Shown here in pieces: positions 9,345 to 17,847 of a stretch of 38,733 nt of DNA (its first letter is position 1; each line of letters opens with the position of its first letter). The stretch lies in the NCBI GenBank assembly GCA_016177345.1, contig JACOVM010000072.1:1-38733 (forward strand), written 5' to 3'. Under the pieces are notes generated by a model. It was given only the letters and a program-made list of their open reading frames with translations, was not told where the DNA came from and made no database searches. Source of the DNA: Candidatus Woesearchaeota archaeon (GTDB lineage Archaea; Nanobdellota; Nanobdellia; Woesearchaeales; UBA12501). The position numbers and the translations under genes are program-made.

Positions 9345-10319
9345 ATGTATCGTGCTCTGCAGCGTTCTGTTGCTTCAGCGATATCATCAAGGGTGGCATC
9401 GTCAGAACGTGTGCCTGATGTTTCATCATTGCAGGCTGTTCCTCAGACTATTCCTTTGCTGGAGACTGCACCACTGCAAATCCTTTATCATAATCAAAAT
9501 CTTTTTCACACTTTTCTTGAAATCAACGATGCTCTTGAGGTATTGTTTGTCTTAGAAGGGTTAAGGCCTGCGTGCAGGCAGCTTGTTCATGAGGATGATG
9601 TCCATCGTGTTGTTGGATTTTGTGAATCCTCTGGTCTTCATTGGGAATTGTCTGATTTCAAAATCCTCAAAGACCAAGAGCTTCTTGTTGTGCCGGAATA
9701 CCCGGGCGACAGCCACTATTTTGTTTATTTATCAAGAAACAAGGAGGTATGCCAGCTTGCTAAGTTCTATGAGGCAACAAGAAATGATGCCCTGTTCGGT
9801 GAAGTATTGGGATACCCTCAATGCTGTGTTCGCTTTTATATCAGCAACTATGCCAGGGCAGCGAAGCTTCGGGATGATTATACCTTAATGAGCATTGCTA
9901 ATACTCATTTTCAGCCAAGCTTTGTAACCAATAATATGGCAAGGTTTTTTTCTGTTTCCCTCATTAGCCACTTTCCCTGTTCGTACAACTGTCCAGAAAC
10001 AGAAAAGATGGGCAGTGCGTTTTTTGAGTGCCTAACAGCGCATAACTCTTCGCTTGCAGAGTATGTCAAAGAGGTTCTTCAAGGGCCGGTGATCAGCCAT
10101 GCATCAACAGGGGTTCATCTTTTGAAGGGAGCGAAGGCTGTTGGAAGCACGATCTGGTACAAGGAGCCGTGGCTGACATCGCCAAACGAGATGCATGCCA
10201 CACTGCGCTTGTGCAACAATATAAAGTATCTTGGAAGAAACCATATCCAGCTCTGCCAGGATGGCCATGTTGTTGAAGATGTTTCTGGAGATCATGTCGG
10301 GTTTGTGATGTTTGAGTGA
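9345..10319 (+). CDS. DUF483-like Cys-rich protein, copy 2
   Basis: LGYPQCC and SHFPCSYNC; collinear with 8211..9035; GAGGTGA SD. Confidence 0.65.
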   Translation: MYRALQRSVASAISSRVASSERVPDVSSLQAVPQTIPLLETAPLQILYHNQNLFHTFLEINDALEVLFVLEGLRPACRQLVHEDDVHRVVGFCESSGLHWELSDFKILKDQELLVVPEYPGDSHYFVYLSRNKEVCQLAKFYEATRNDALFGEVLGYPQCCVRFYISNYARAAKLRDDYTLMSIANTHFQPSFVTNNMARFFSVSLISHFPCSYNCPETEKMGSAFFECLTAHNSSLAEYVKEVLQGPVISHASTGVHLLKGAKAVGSTIWYKEPWLTSPNEMHATLRLCNNIKYLGRNHIQLCQDGHVVEDVSGDHVGFVMFE

Positions 10320-10426
10320 TCGGGGAATTTTAATTTTCTAATATTTTTAGGATATTTTCGGAAAATATCTTATTTCTTGGAATAACTTGGATTAGGCCCG
10401 TACTTTTCTCCACATTCTTTGAAAGC

Positions 10427-10457
10427 CTTCCAACTTTTGTTGGGCAGAACATATAAA
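10427..10457 (+). promoter_or_regulatory. 31-nt repeated promoter/operator, copy 1
   Basis: cttccaacttttgttgggcagaacatataaa; ends in TATAAA just over 20 nt before ATG 10481; 29/31 identical to 10938-10968. Confidence 0.75.
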
Positions 10458-10480
10458 TGGCATATCTTGTTTTTTTTCTT

Positions 10481-10693
10481 ATGGAGATTCAGTATACAAC
10501 TCATGCTAAAGAGCAGTTGATGGCAAGAAAAATAATGGAAGTCTGGATTGAGGAAACGATCAAATACCCAACGTACGCTGTACACATTGGCTACAAATAC
10601 TATGCGATCAGAAAACTGAATGGTTTCACGCTCAAAGTCGTTTACACAAAAGAAAACTATATAAAGGTCATCACTGCCTATTTTATATCATGA
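10481..10693 (+). CDS. DUF4258-family (RelE/BrnT-like) putative toxin
   Basis: MEIQYTTHAKEQL...LKVVY...IKVITAY; ATGA overlap with a DUF2283 gene. Confidence 0.75.
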   Translation: MEIQYTTHAKEQLMARKIMEVWIEETIKYPTYAVHIGYKYYAIRKLNGFTLKVVYTKENYIKVITAYFIS

Positions 10694-10893
10694 AAATACG
10701 CTATGATCCGGACGCTGATGCAATATACATTGGGCTCCTTGATGAGGTAGTTGACCACACAAGAGAGGTTGATGCAAATACTCTTCTCGACTTTAATAAG
10801 AAAGGGATGGTTATTGGGATAGAGCTGCTTTTTGTCAAAGAAAAAAATCCGAAAATTTTGGAAGAATTCCAAGTTGAGGGAATAATTTCGTAA
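10690..10893 (+). CDS. DUF2283-family putative antitoxin
   Basis: MKIRYDPDADAIYI...LLDFNKKGMVIGIEL signature. Confidence 0.85.
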   Translation: MKIRYDPDADAIYIGLLDEVVDHTREVDANTLLDFNKKGMVIGIELLFVKEKNPKILEEFQVEGIIS

Positions 10894-10937
10894 ATTGCTA
10901 TCTCTATTTTGAAATTTTTTCAATACTCATATGATTT

Positions 10938-10968
10938 CTTCCAACTTTTCTTAGGCAGAACATATAAA
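10938..10968 (+). promoter_or_regulatory. 31-nt repeated promoter/operator, copy 2
   Basis: cttccaacttttcttaggcagaacatataaa; ends just over 20 nt before ATG 10991. Confidence 0.75.
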
Positions 10969-10990
10969 CCCTATTTTTCTTGATTATCGT

Positions 10991-11275
10991 ATGAAACTTT
11001 ACGTTATTAAACTGTGTCATTATCCTCGTTCAACCTTCAGCTCCATTGACTTTGATAAGCTTCGATTTTATATTCGAAAAACATTGAAGTATGGCACGTT
11101 TGTTAAGATGAAGTATAAAGAAGCTTACCACTTTGCTTATCATTCCTCTTTTTCCAGCGGTTTTTCAGTGTATGTTCTTATCGGTTGGCAGGAAAATCAG
11201 TTACATAAGGAAAACATTAATGCAGTTATTCTTGAGAATGAGAATATTGATGAAAAACGAGGGCATCCGGTATGA
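10991..11275 (+). CDS. Small hypothetical protein
   Basis: 94 aa; follows promoter copy 2; ATGA overlap with the next gene. Confidence 0.6.
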   Translation: MKLYVIKLCHYPRSTFSSIDFDKLRFYIRKTLKYGTFVKMKYKEAYHFAYHSSFSSGFSVYVLIGWQENQLHKENINAVILENENIDEKRGHPV

Positions 11276-11484
11276 GAGTCACCTTTACCTCTCATGCCTT
11301 GCCGCGGATGAGCATAAGAAAAATTTATGACGATGACATTATGGATACTCTTCGATCGCCAGACGTAATCTATAAGAAGCATGGAAAATATTTTTTTAGG
11401 AAGAGTATTGGTCGAGGAACTATCGAGCTTTGTTGTGAGAAAACAGAAAGGCATATAAACATAGTGACTCTCTATTGGGTGTAA
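11272..11484 (+). CDS. DUF4258-family putative toxin
   Basis: MRVTFTSHALPRMSIRKI...TLRSPD...INIVTLY. Confidence 0.75.
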   Translation: MRVTFTSHALPRMSIRKIYDDDIMDTLRSPDVIYKKHGKYFFRKSIGRGTIELCCEKTERHINIVTLYWV

Positions 11485-11485
11485 C

Positions 11486-11686
11486 ATGAAACTAACCTAC
11501 GATAAAGAAGCAGACGCCATCTACATTGAGTTCCAAAAGGGAAATTTTGCAAAAAATAAGAAAGTTGACGATTTTATTATCCTTGATTATGATGCTAACG
11601 GCTGCTTGCTGGGGATAGAATTGTTAAACGTTAGTAAGCAATTATCTATGGAAACGCTAAGGGACAAGCAGATCGTTCAATGTTAA
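11486..11686 (+). CDS. DUF2283-family putative antitoxin
   Basis: MKLTYDKEADAIYIEF...ILDYDANGCLLGIELLNVS. Confidence 0.85.
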   Translation: MKLTYDKEADAIYIEFQKGNFAKNKKVDDFIILDYDANGCLLGIELLNVSKQLSMETLRDKQIVQC

Positions 11687-11716
11687 GCAACTTCTTCATT
11701 TTTTTGGTGCTTGGTC

Positions 11717-12526
11717 TTACTTTTCCGCAACCACAACTGCATTGCAACGCTGTTCTTCAATAAAGCCATATTGGCGGATATCTTTTTTAACCCTATCAGA
11801 GACCATGGACATCATGGCATTCCATTCTTCTGGTGTTGGCGGCGGAGTAAAATAATCTCGAAGGCTGTTCACGTAGTCGAGATACTCCATTCCGCTTGAT
11901 GAGTGATATTTTGACTCAAAGCGCTGCACCTCTTTTATGATGAACGGCGGCAGAAACTTTTGGATGGTATCTGCGTTTATTTTTTGGTGCCTTCTATCGA
12001 CGTTGCTTCGCTTTGCGATTCTCATCTCAATATCTTGAAGAAAGGCTATTGTTCGTGGCCTATCCTTGAGCGTGTGGAGCGTTAGAATAAGCCTGCCATG
12101 GGGGCGAAGGCAGCGATATGCTTCGGCAAGTGCTCGCCGTGGATGATCTATAACATGGAGTGTATGTGACATAATGATTGTTCCAAATTGTCCGTCACGA
12201 AATGGAAGCTCTTCTGCATTGCCTTGGAGGAGCTGAAGAGCCATGCCTTTTCGTTTTGCTTCTTGTGCGCCGATCTGGATAAGGCCTGGAGAAGAGTCAA
12301 TGCCAACAAGCACCCCATGTTTGCCTGAAATGGTTGACATCGCAAGGCGAATGAGAAGATCAGCATTGCCGCAGCCAACATCGAGAACAGGATTTTGTTT
12401 GTCAATGATGCGCTTCATCGCCTCTAAGTGGATATCTACTTTTGGGGTAAGGCTTAGGTTGAAGGCTTTTCTTTTTTTTAATGCTGAATCGTTCTGGTAC
12501 ATCCGAAGTGGCAGGTCCATGTTCAT
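11717..12526 (-). CDS. Class I SAM-dependent methyltransferase
   Basis: VLDVGCGNA, GIDSS, GNAEELPF, ALAEAYRCLRPHG. Confidence 0.9.
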   Translation of the reverse strand: MNMDLPLRMYQNDSALKKRKAFNLSLTPKVDIHLEAMKRIIDKQNPVLDVGCGNADLLIRLAMSTISGKHGVLVGIDSSPGLIQIGAQEAKRKGMALQLLQGNAEELPFRDGQFGTIIMSHTLHVIDHPRRALAEAYRCLRPHGRLILTLHTLKDRPRTIAFLQDIEMRIAKRSNVDRRHQKINADTIQKFLPPFIIKEVQRFESKYHSSSGMEYLDYVNSLRDYFTPPPTPEEWNAMMSMVSDRVKKDIRQYGFIEEQRCNAVVVAEK

Positions 12527-12630
12527 GGAGAACTGCCTTGTTTTTTTAATGTTATTGGATTCTTAATGTTTTGTAGAAGCTCTTTTCACATTTTCAGCCG
12601 TAAAGTCCTAGTTTTGATTAAAAAACACTG

Positions 12631-12746
12631 ATTCAGGGCGCCGCCATGGTTTACGTTGAAAGCTCTCTTTTTCTCCCCACCCTGCCCGGGCGAGGTGGGG
12701 AGAAAAAGAGACCTAAACTTTGTTTAAGCACAGCGGCGCCCTGAAT
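12631..12746. repeat. Nested inverted-repeat element 1
   Basis: 14-bp perfect outer stem (12631-12644/12733-12746) and 18-bp perfect inner stem (12664-12681/12694-12711). Confidence 0.8.
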
Positions 12747-12792
12747 AAAGGAGAGACTTTCTACGAAGACCTTCTTTGATCACCGCTCATTG

Positions 12793-13344
12793 TTATTCAT
12801 CTCCCAATCTCCAGTGTTCCAGCATGTGAACGTACTCTTCAGACCCATCCCCGCCATGGATTCTGGCAAAGTGGAAGTATTCGTGCCAGTATACTCGTTG
12901 TGGATCTGGGTCATTACTCCTGATTCGTGCAGTCTTGTCATCGTTGTATCCTGGTGTGCAATAGCCTCGAATGTTCAGGCTACCCATCTGGTGGGGCTGA
13001 AGAACGGTGGTATCGATGAGTGGCGCAATGAACACCATGGGCGCATTTGGCTTCCAAGGGCCATCCTTTGCTGCTTCCTGGTTTGTCACGTACCCCACTT
13101 TTTTTCTGTTATCCTTTCTGTTCTCAGAACTGGTAGCAGAATATGCAGAAGTGGTTCTTGATTCACTTGTGGAAGTTGTAGAAGCATTGCCGTGTTCCCG
13201 CGCTGGCGTTACTGGGTGATAAGAAGGGATGACATACCTATCTGGACTAAGATACAAAGAGGTTGTTGTGCACTCTACTAGTTCATCTAGCGTCGTGCTA
13301 TTTTCTGATTGCTCAGCACAGGATTCATGATTTGTCATAAGCAT
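12793..13344 (-). CDS. Small zincin-like protein (HExxH) with Ser/Thr-rich N-terminus
   Basis: IRGYC...RVYWHEYFH...SEEYVH. Confidence 0.55.
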   Translation of the reverse strand: MLMTNHESCAEQSENSTTLDELVECTTTSLYLSPDRYVIPSYHPVTPAREHGNASTTSTSESRTTSAYSATSSENRKDNRKKVGYVTNQEAAKDGPWKPNAPMVFIAPLIDTTVLQPHQMGSLNIRGYCTPGYNDDKTARIRSNDPDPQRVYWHEYFHFARIHGGDGSEEYVHMLEHWRLGDE

Positions 13345-13411
13345 TCAAAACGCTCAAAAAAGATAGTCCACCCTTTATGACATTTACAAAAGAGAGTAAA
13401 CGATGCTTCAC

Positions 13412-13660
13412 TTACAGCTTATGTTCGAGTGGCATTTCTTTCTTTTCTGATTTCTTGCCAGTCTCTTTTTGTGCTGCGCGAGCCATCGCTTCGAGGTCAA
13501 CGCCAAGCTCCTTTAGGGCTTTTACGTGCATCTGCATCAATTGTTCGACAATGCTGAGGATCTTGAGCATTTCCTGGCGTTCCTTCGCGAGCGTGCTTAG
13601 TGCCCCTTTATGAAATCCAATTTGTTCATCTTTGCTTGCATCTTTCATTGCTTCTGTCAT
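13412..13660 (-). CDS. Small coiled-coil hypothetical protein
   Basis: Strong AAGGAGGT SD; EQIGFHKGALSTLAKERQEMLKIL helix. Confidence 0.85.
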   Translation of the reverse strand: MTEAMKDASKDEQIGFHKGALSTLAKERQEMLKILSIVEQLMQMHVKALKELGVDLEAMARAAQKETGKKSEKKEMPLEHKL

Positions 13661-13735
13661 TGTTTGAAACCTCCTTTGTTTATTACCGGGTTATTGTTGT
13701 TGAGTTGTTCTGCTTATGCAGGATCATGTGTACTT

Positions 13736-14077
13736 TTAAGCTTGTTCAACCATTCCTGACGTTCGGTGATGGTAGCGAATTTTATCAGTGTGTTGTGCTG
13801 CAATAAGTGGTTCCTGTTCCCCTACACTGGCGAGGTCGTACCGTGCTTGGCGATCATTGGGGCTGTACATCTGTGCAGAAAACCGGGGGGTGTCAAGCGG
13901 TGCTGTTCTATTGAGGTAGCCGAGATACCCTCGTTCAGTTTGCCCACCCACAAGGTCACCGATGTCTGCTATTCCATCAGCTGTGCTCCTGCTTTTCCTG
14001 TACAGGCCTCGAATCATGTTGTCGACGAGCGCCATTTGCTGCAGTGGGGCATCGTATCCTGGAGTTGGTGCTTTCAT
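13736..14077 (-). CDS. Hypothetical protein
   Basis: 113-aa ATG ORF co-oriented within the minus-strand cluster. Confidence 0.6.
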   Translation of the reverse strand: MKAPTPGYDAPLQQMALVDNMIRGLYRKSRSTADGIADIGDLVGGQTERGYLGYLNRTAPLDTPRFSAQMYSPNDRQARYDLASVGEQEPLIAAQHTDKIRYHHRTSGMVEQA

Positions 14078-14124
14078 GGTAGTCTCTGTTCTGTCTTATG
14101 TTATCTTCTTTTTACTGCAGGCAC

Positions 14125-14268
14125 TTACCAGAGGTGCCGATGGCTGTATTGCCAGACGACCCTGCTTTCTGCTGCAATGCCGGTGAAAAATCCACCGCTG
14201 TACATGGCATTGCTCTGGCTGTTGATTCTACCCTCGCAGCACGATGCTGCATTGTCACAAAAGTGCAT
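14125..14268 (-). CDS. Small Cys-containing peptide (47 aa)
   Basis: GAGGTGA 6 nt before ATG; MHFCDNAASCCEGRINSQSNAMYSGGFFTGIAAESRVVWQYSHRHLW; overlaps the upstream stop. Confidence 0.55.
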   Translation of the reverse strand: MHFCDNAASCCEGRINSQSNAMYSGGFFTGIAAESRVVWQYSHRHLW

Positions 14269-15190
14269 GGTGTTTCACCTCGATACCATTGCTGATCAGT
14301 TCTTTATGAACTTGAAGCGCGTGCTTTCCCTGCTCTATCATATTCTTGACGAAGCTGAAGGCGATGTTGTGCAAGCCATTTTGTGCAGGTGCAGCTGGCG
14401 TGATGAAGGAGCTGCCTAGTCCTGCAATATCGTTGCTGGTTATGGCTTCGAGCCATGCCATCTCAAAGGCGAAGGCCTTGGCTTCTTCGTCGTGCCCGTC
14501 ATGGAGTGTGGGGGTCATGACATGGCCAAGCTCGTGGCCAATGGTGAGCATGAGCTGGTCGAGTGGATTTTCTTTTACGATCACAATTCTGAATCCTGGA
14601 TTGTTGATGGAAAATCCTTGGAGTCCTGCTGATGGCTTGCCGCCAAAATCATTGTGCTTTTCCTGCAGCTCTTCTTCTGAAACAACGCTGATGACAATGT
14701 CTCCGGGAAGCTTTTTTCCAGTAACTGCAGTAAATGCTTGTTTGATATAATGCTGAATGTCATGCCCTTTTCCGATGAATCGTGCAGTCGGCCGGTGCGG
14801 GTCAAGGAAGCTTACTGTTGAATGGTATTCTGGATGGGAATGGGCAGTCCAATGGTAGTGTCGTCCTGCAATTGAACCAGTTGAATCTCCCGCCCCGTAT
14901 CCTATTTCGGGAGATGAGTATCTTCCTGAGCCTGCTGATACCGTTGACTCAAGTCTCTGTCTTAGACTAGGACTTTGGTCTGGTATAGATCGGGAAAAGG
15001 AAACCTCGACTGCAGTATCAAGGGCATAGGTTTGAAACGTCTGAGACGCCCGGTCCATGCTGCCGATGCTTCGTTCCAGCATGCTGTAGCTTAGGGTTGG
15101 CGAAAGAGCCATACTTCCAGCTGGGAAAAAGCCGGATGGGCTTCCAAAGCCTCCTTGGCTGACGTATCCACTATGTGACAGGTATGCCAT
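14255..15190 (-). CDS. Zincin-like metallopeptidase with Ser/Gly-rich N-terminus
   Basis: TIGHELGH plus downstream EEAKAFAFE; TTTAAATA ~24 nt upstream. Confidence 0.75.
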   Translation of the reverse strand: MAYLSHSGYVSQGGFGSPSGFFPAGSMALSPTLSYSMLERSIGSMDRASQTFQTYALDTAVEVSFSRSIPDQSPSLRQRLESTVSAGSGRYSSPEIGYGAGDSTGSIAGRHYHWTAHSHPEYHSTVSFLDPHRPTARFIGKGHDIQHYIKQAFTAVTGKKLPGDIVISVVSEEELQEKHNDFGGKPSAGLQGFSINNPGFRIVIVKENPLDQLMLTIGHELGHVMTPTLHDGHDEEAKAFAFEMAWLEAITSNDIAGLGSSFITPAAPAQNGLHNIAFSFVKNMIEQGKHALQVHKELISNGIEVKHHALL

Positions 15191-15360
15191 ACAGTGGAGT
15201 ATAATGCAGAGATCTATTTAAAGAAGCGTGGGGTGAAGAAGAATGGAGTGGGACAAAAAGGTCATGGTTGTGTTAGTTGTAGCACCCTAGCCCATTTTGT
15301 CACCACTTATTAGTTATAAAAAACGAAAGTTTTAAATAGTACATCTTGGTTATGCCTGTT

Positions 15361-17847
15361 ATGATCCCTCGCAGGCTGCTCGAATGGCTCGCTAAGCCAT
15401 TGCAAAAGCAAGAAATTGCTCAGTACGTTAAGCTCCCCTCTCTTTTTGTTGTAGAAGATTTAGAGGTAGCTAACGAGCTGCGCCACAAGGTTGATCCGCG
15501 AGAGTACCTTATTGTTCATGATCCATCCCTCATCAATCATCCTGATGCAAGCTATCCTTCTCATCCACGAATTGCGGGAAAGCGTCGTGAAGGCATTCTT
15601 GTTCGAGGGAAAAATCTGAGCCATAACATGGCAGGCCTGTATCTGCGCCAGCATTCTTCGTCCCAAAGCCCAGAGGCAGCACTTCGATCTCTTGAAGAAA
15701 GCGTCATGGAAACTTCCGCTAAAACCCAGCAGAATATGCAGTCCTTAGAGTCAGCTGCAAGGTCTCTGCTCACGGAGCACGGAGACAATGAGGGCAATGT
15801 AGGTTATGATCAAGCCCAATTGATGGCTCTCATTCATGATATTACTGTTGCCCAGTTCGAATACCCGGAGCATTTTATTCGAGAAGCAGTCCAGAACGCT
15901 GACGGTGCATGGCAGAACAAGCTCGAAAATCGCATTGACGTCTTTATCGATAGAAAAAATAGGACCATCAGAGTAGCAGACAAAGGCAGAGGAATGGACA
16001 AGCCTGTGGTAGAGAATGCTTTTTTCAATTTGTACGCCTCATTAAACGAAGCATTATCCTACGCTGCAGGAAAATTTGGGATCGGCGCTGTCAGTTTCTT
16101 TGGGCTCAAGCATGACCATGTTCGAATTGACACGAAGCAAGAAGAGGGCGACGCTATCAGTGTTCTTGTTGATGGCCAATTACAGAGAGAGTATGTTCCG
16201 AGCACGCAGCACGAGCGCGGAACAACGGTAGAGATCAAGCTGGCAGGCGATTCACCCATTGATTTTGATAAGATTGTTGAAATCCTTCGAGAAGACTGCT
16301 GCTATATCGAAACCCCGACCTACCTTCACGATAATGGAACAACAGAATTCATAAACAAGGAATTAACCCCGGAAGGGGTGCAAAACACGGTCGGCTTTTC
16401 AGAGAAAAATGTTCAAGGATATGTTCGCCTTGGCTCCGGTGAATTGAAATTGCTCTCTCACCGAATCAGGCTGCGCAGCATTCCAACTGTTGGCTATTCT
16501 GGCGTTGTCAATTGTGCAGGATTAGATACTACTTTTTCACGAGACACCGTGCTTGATGACCCGGTACTTCGTGATGTTCTTCGTTATGTGAATATTAAGC
16601 AGGCTGATCTTCGCCGAAAAGCCCTTGACAATAACAAGCTTTCCTTAGAGGCGCGATTGAATGATTACCAGGAATTTCTCCACAGCAGATTTTTTGATGG
16701 AAATGGGGTAAATGCCCAGTTTCTTCGGGCTCATGCACAATCCATCCTCTATGGGTCTCGCTTTCAAGAATATACCTGGGAGAAAATGAGTGAGCAGTCA
16801 ACTAGTGTCCAGTCCGGCTTTGGTCTTCGGCCAGCAGGATACCTTTTTGGATACGCTCACGCTATTGGCTCAACAATGCTTCAGTGGGCTAGAAAAAAAC
16901 TGGGGATAAAACAGTATGCCCTGGTATGTCACACAGGTGATATGAGTTGGACAAAACGCGAAGTCATAGATGCTAGGTCATTTCATGATCGTTTGCCATC
17001 CACCACTAGTGATGTTGGCGAGGCTGGATTTGCAGGGCTATTTCTTTCTACAGTGACTACTCTCTTAGGCGGTGCTGCGGCGTATGGGCTCACCAAAGAT
17101 GGAAGATGTTTTGCCCCGTTAGGCGTGATGGTGGCATACGATGTGGTATGTGCGGCAGAATCTGCTGCCAGAATCGGTTATCACATGGGGAAAGAATTGG
17201 TGAAGAAAGCCTTTGTTCACCACGCTAATCACACATTATACGGAAGCTATATTCCTGGTGCAGAAGCTGATACCAAAACTGCAAAGTCTATTGCTGGCGT
17301 AGCATTAGGTCTTGCTGGAATTGGCGGATTATTGTGGGGTGTGCCGTATGTTATCTCTCATCTTAGTACACCAGATACTCCATCAGTAAGCCAACCGAAA
17401 AATATTGAAGAGCGAGCTGAAGAACCAAAAGAGCACTCAAGGCAGGCTCCTCAGCCAACACCGCAGCATGGAGAACAGGATAGCGATATTCCATACGAGC
17501 TCCCTCTCGGCATTGCCTTTGGCACTGGCCTTGCCATGACCGGATTTCTTCATCACCGAAATAAGAGGAGAATGCTTCAGCCCTATACTGACTCGTTAAC
17601 TGCTGACGAGCAAAAACTGCTCGATGGCGTTCAGGAGTCATTAGGGGCTCTTCCAACTCATGTTCCAGTTTATTATGGCAGCAATCTTGGCCGAGACCAC
17701 CCCGCATTTTTAGTAACGAGGCGTGGCATTATCTTGAACAGGACAAGAAAAGAGGGAATAGAACCAGCCATGCCAGCCTTAGCCTATGCCAGCACAATAT
17801 TAAAAGATGCATCCTTATCTGATCGCATCGCGGAGAAACTATCATGA
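15361..17847 (+). CDS. Membrane-bound Hsp90/GHKL-family ATPase
   Basis: FIREAVQNADG (N box), DKGRGM (G1), GKFGIG (G2), GTTV (G3); several C-terminal hydrophobic segments; TTTAAATA at 15331. Confidence 0.85.
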   Translation: MIPRRLLEWLAKPLQKQEIAQYVKLPSLFVVEDLEVANELRHKVDPREYLIVHDPSLINHPDASYPSHPRIAGKRREGILVRGKNLSHNMAGLYLRQHSSSQSPEAALRSLEESVMETSAKTQQNMQSLESAARSLLTEHGDNEGNVGYDQAQLMALIHDITVAQFEYPEHFIREAVQNADGAWQNKLENRIDVFIDRKNRTIRVADKGRGMDKPVVENAFFNLYASLNEALSYAAGKFGIGAVSFFGLKHDHVRIDTKQEEGDAISVLVDGQLQREYVPSTQHERGTTVEIKLAGDSPIDFDKIVEILREDCCYIETPTYLHDNGTTEFINKELTPEGVQNTVGFSEKNVQGYVRLGSGELKLLSHRIRLRSIPTVGYSGVVNCAGLDTTFSRDTVLDDPVLRDVLRYVNIKQADLRRKALDNNKLSLEARLNDYQEFLHSRFFDGNGVNAQFLRAHAQSILYGSRFQEYTWEKMSEQSTSVQSGFGLRPAGYLFGYAHAIGSTMLQWARKKLGIKQYALVCHTGDMSWTKREVIDARSFHDRLPSTTSDVGEAGFAGLFLSTVTTLLGGAAAYGLTKDGRCFAPLGVMVAYDVVCAAESAARIGYHMGKELVKKAFVHHANHTLYGSYIPGAEADTKTAKSIAGVALGLAGIGGLLWGVPYVISHLSTPDTPSVSQPKNIEERAEEPKEHSRQAPQPTPQHGEQDSDIPYELPLGIAFGTGLAMTGFLHHRNKRRMLQPYTDSLTADEQKLLDGVQESLGALPTHVPVYYGSNLGRDHPAFLVTRRGIILNRTRKEGIEPAMPALAYASTILKDASLSDRIAEKLS

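Noticed and set aside
13766..14419. 217-aa plus ORF (likewise 33448..34080)
   Set aside because: Antisense to genes with better motifs and ribosome-binding sites.
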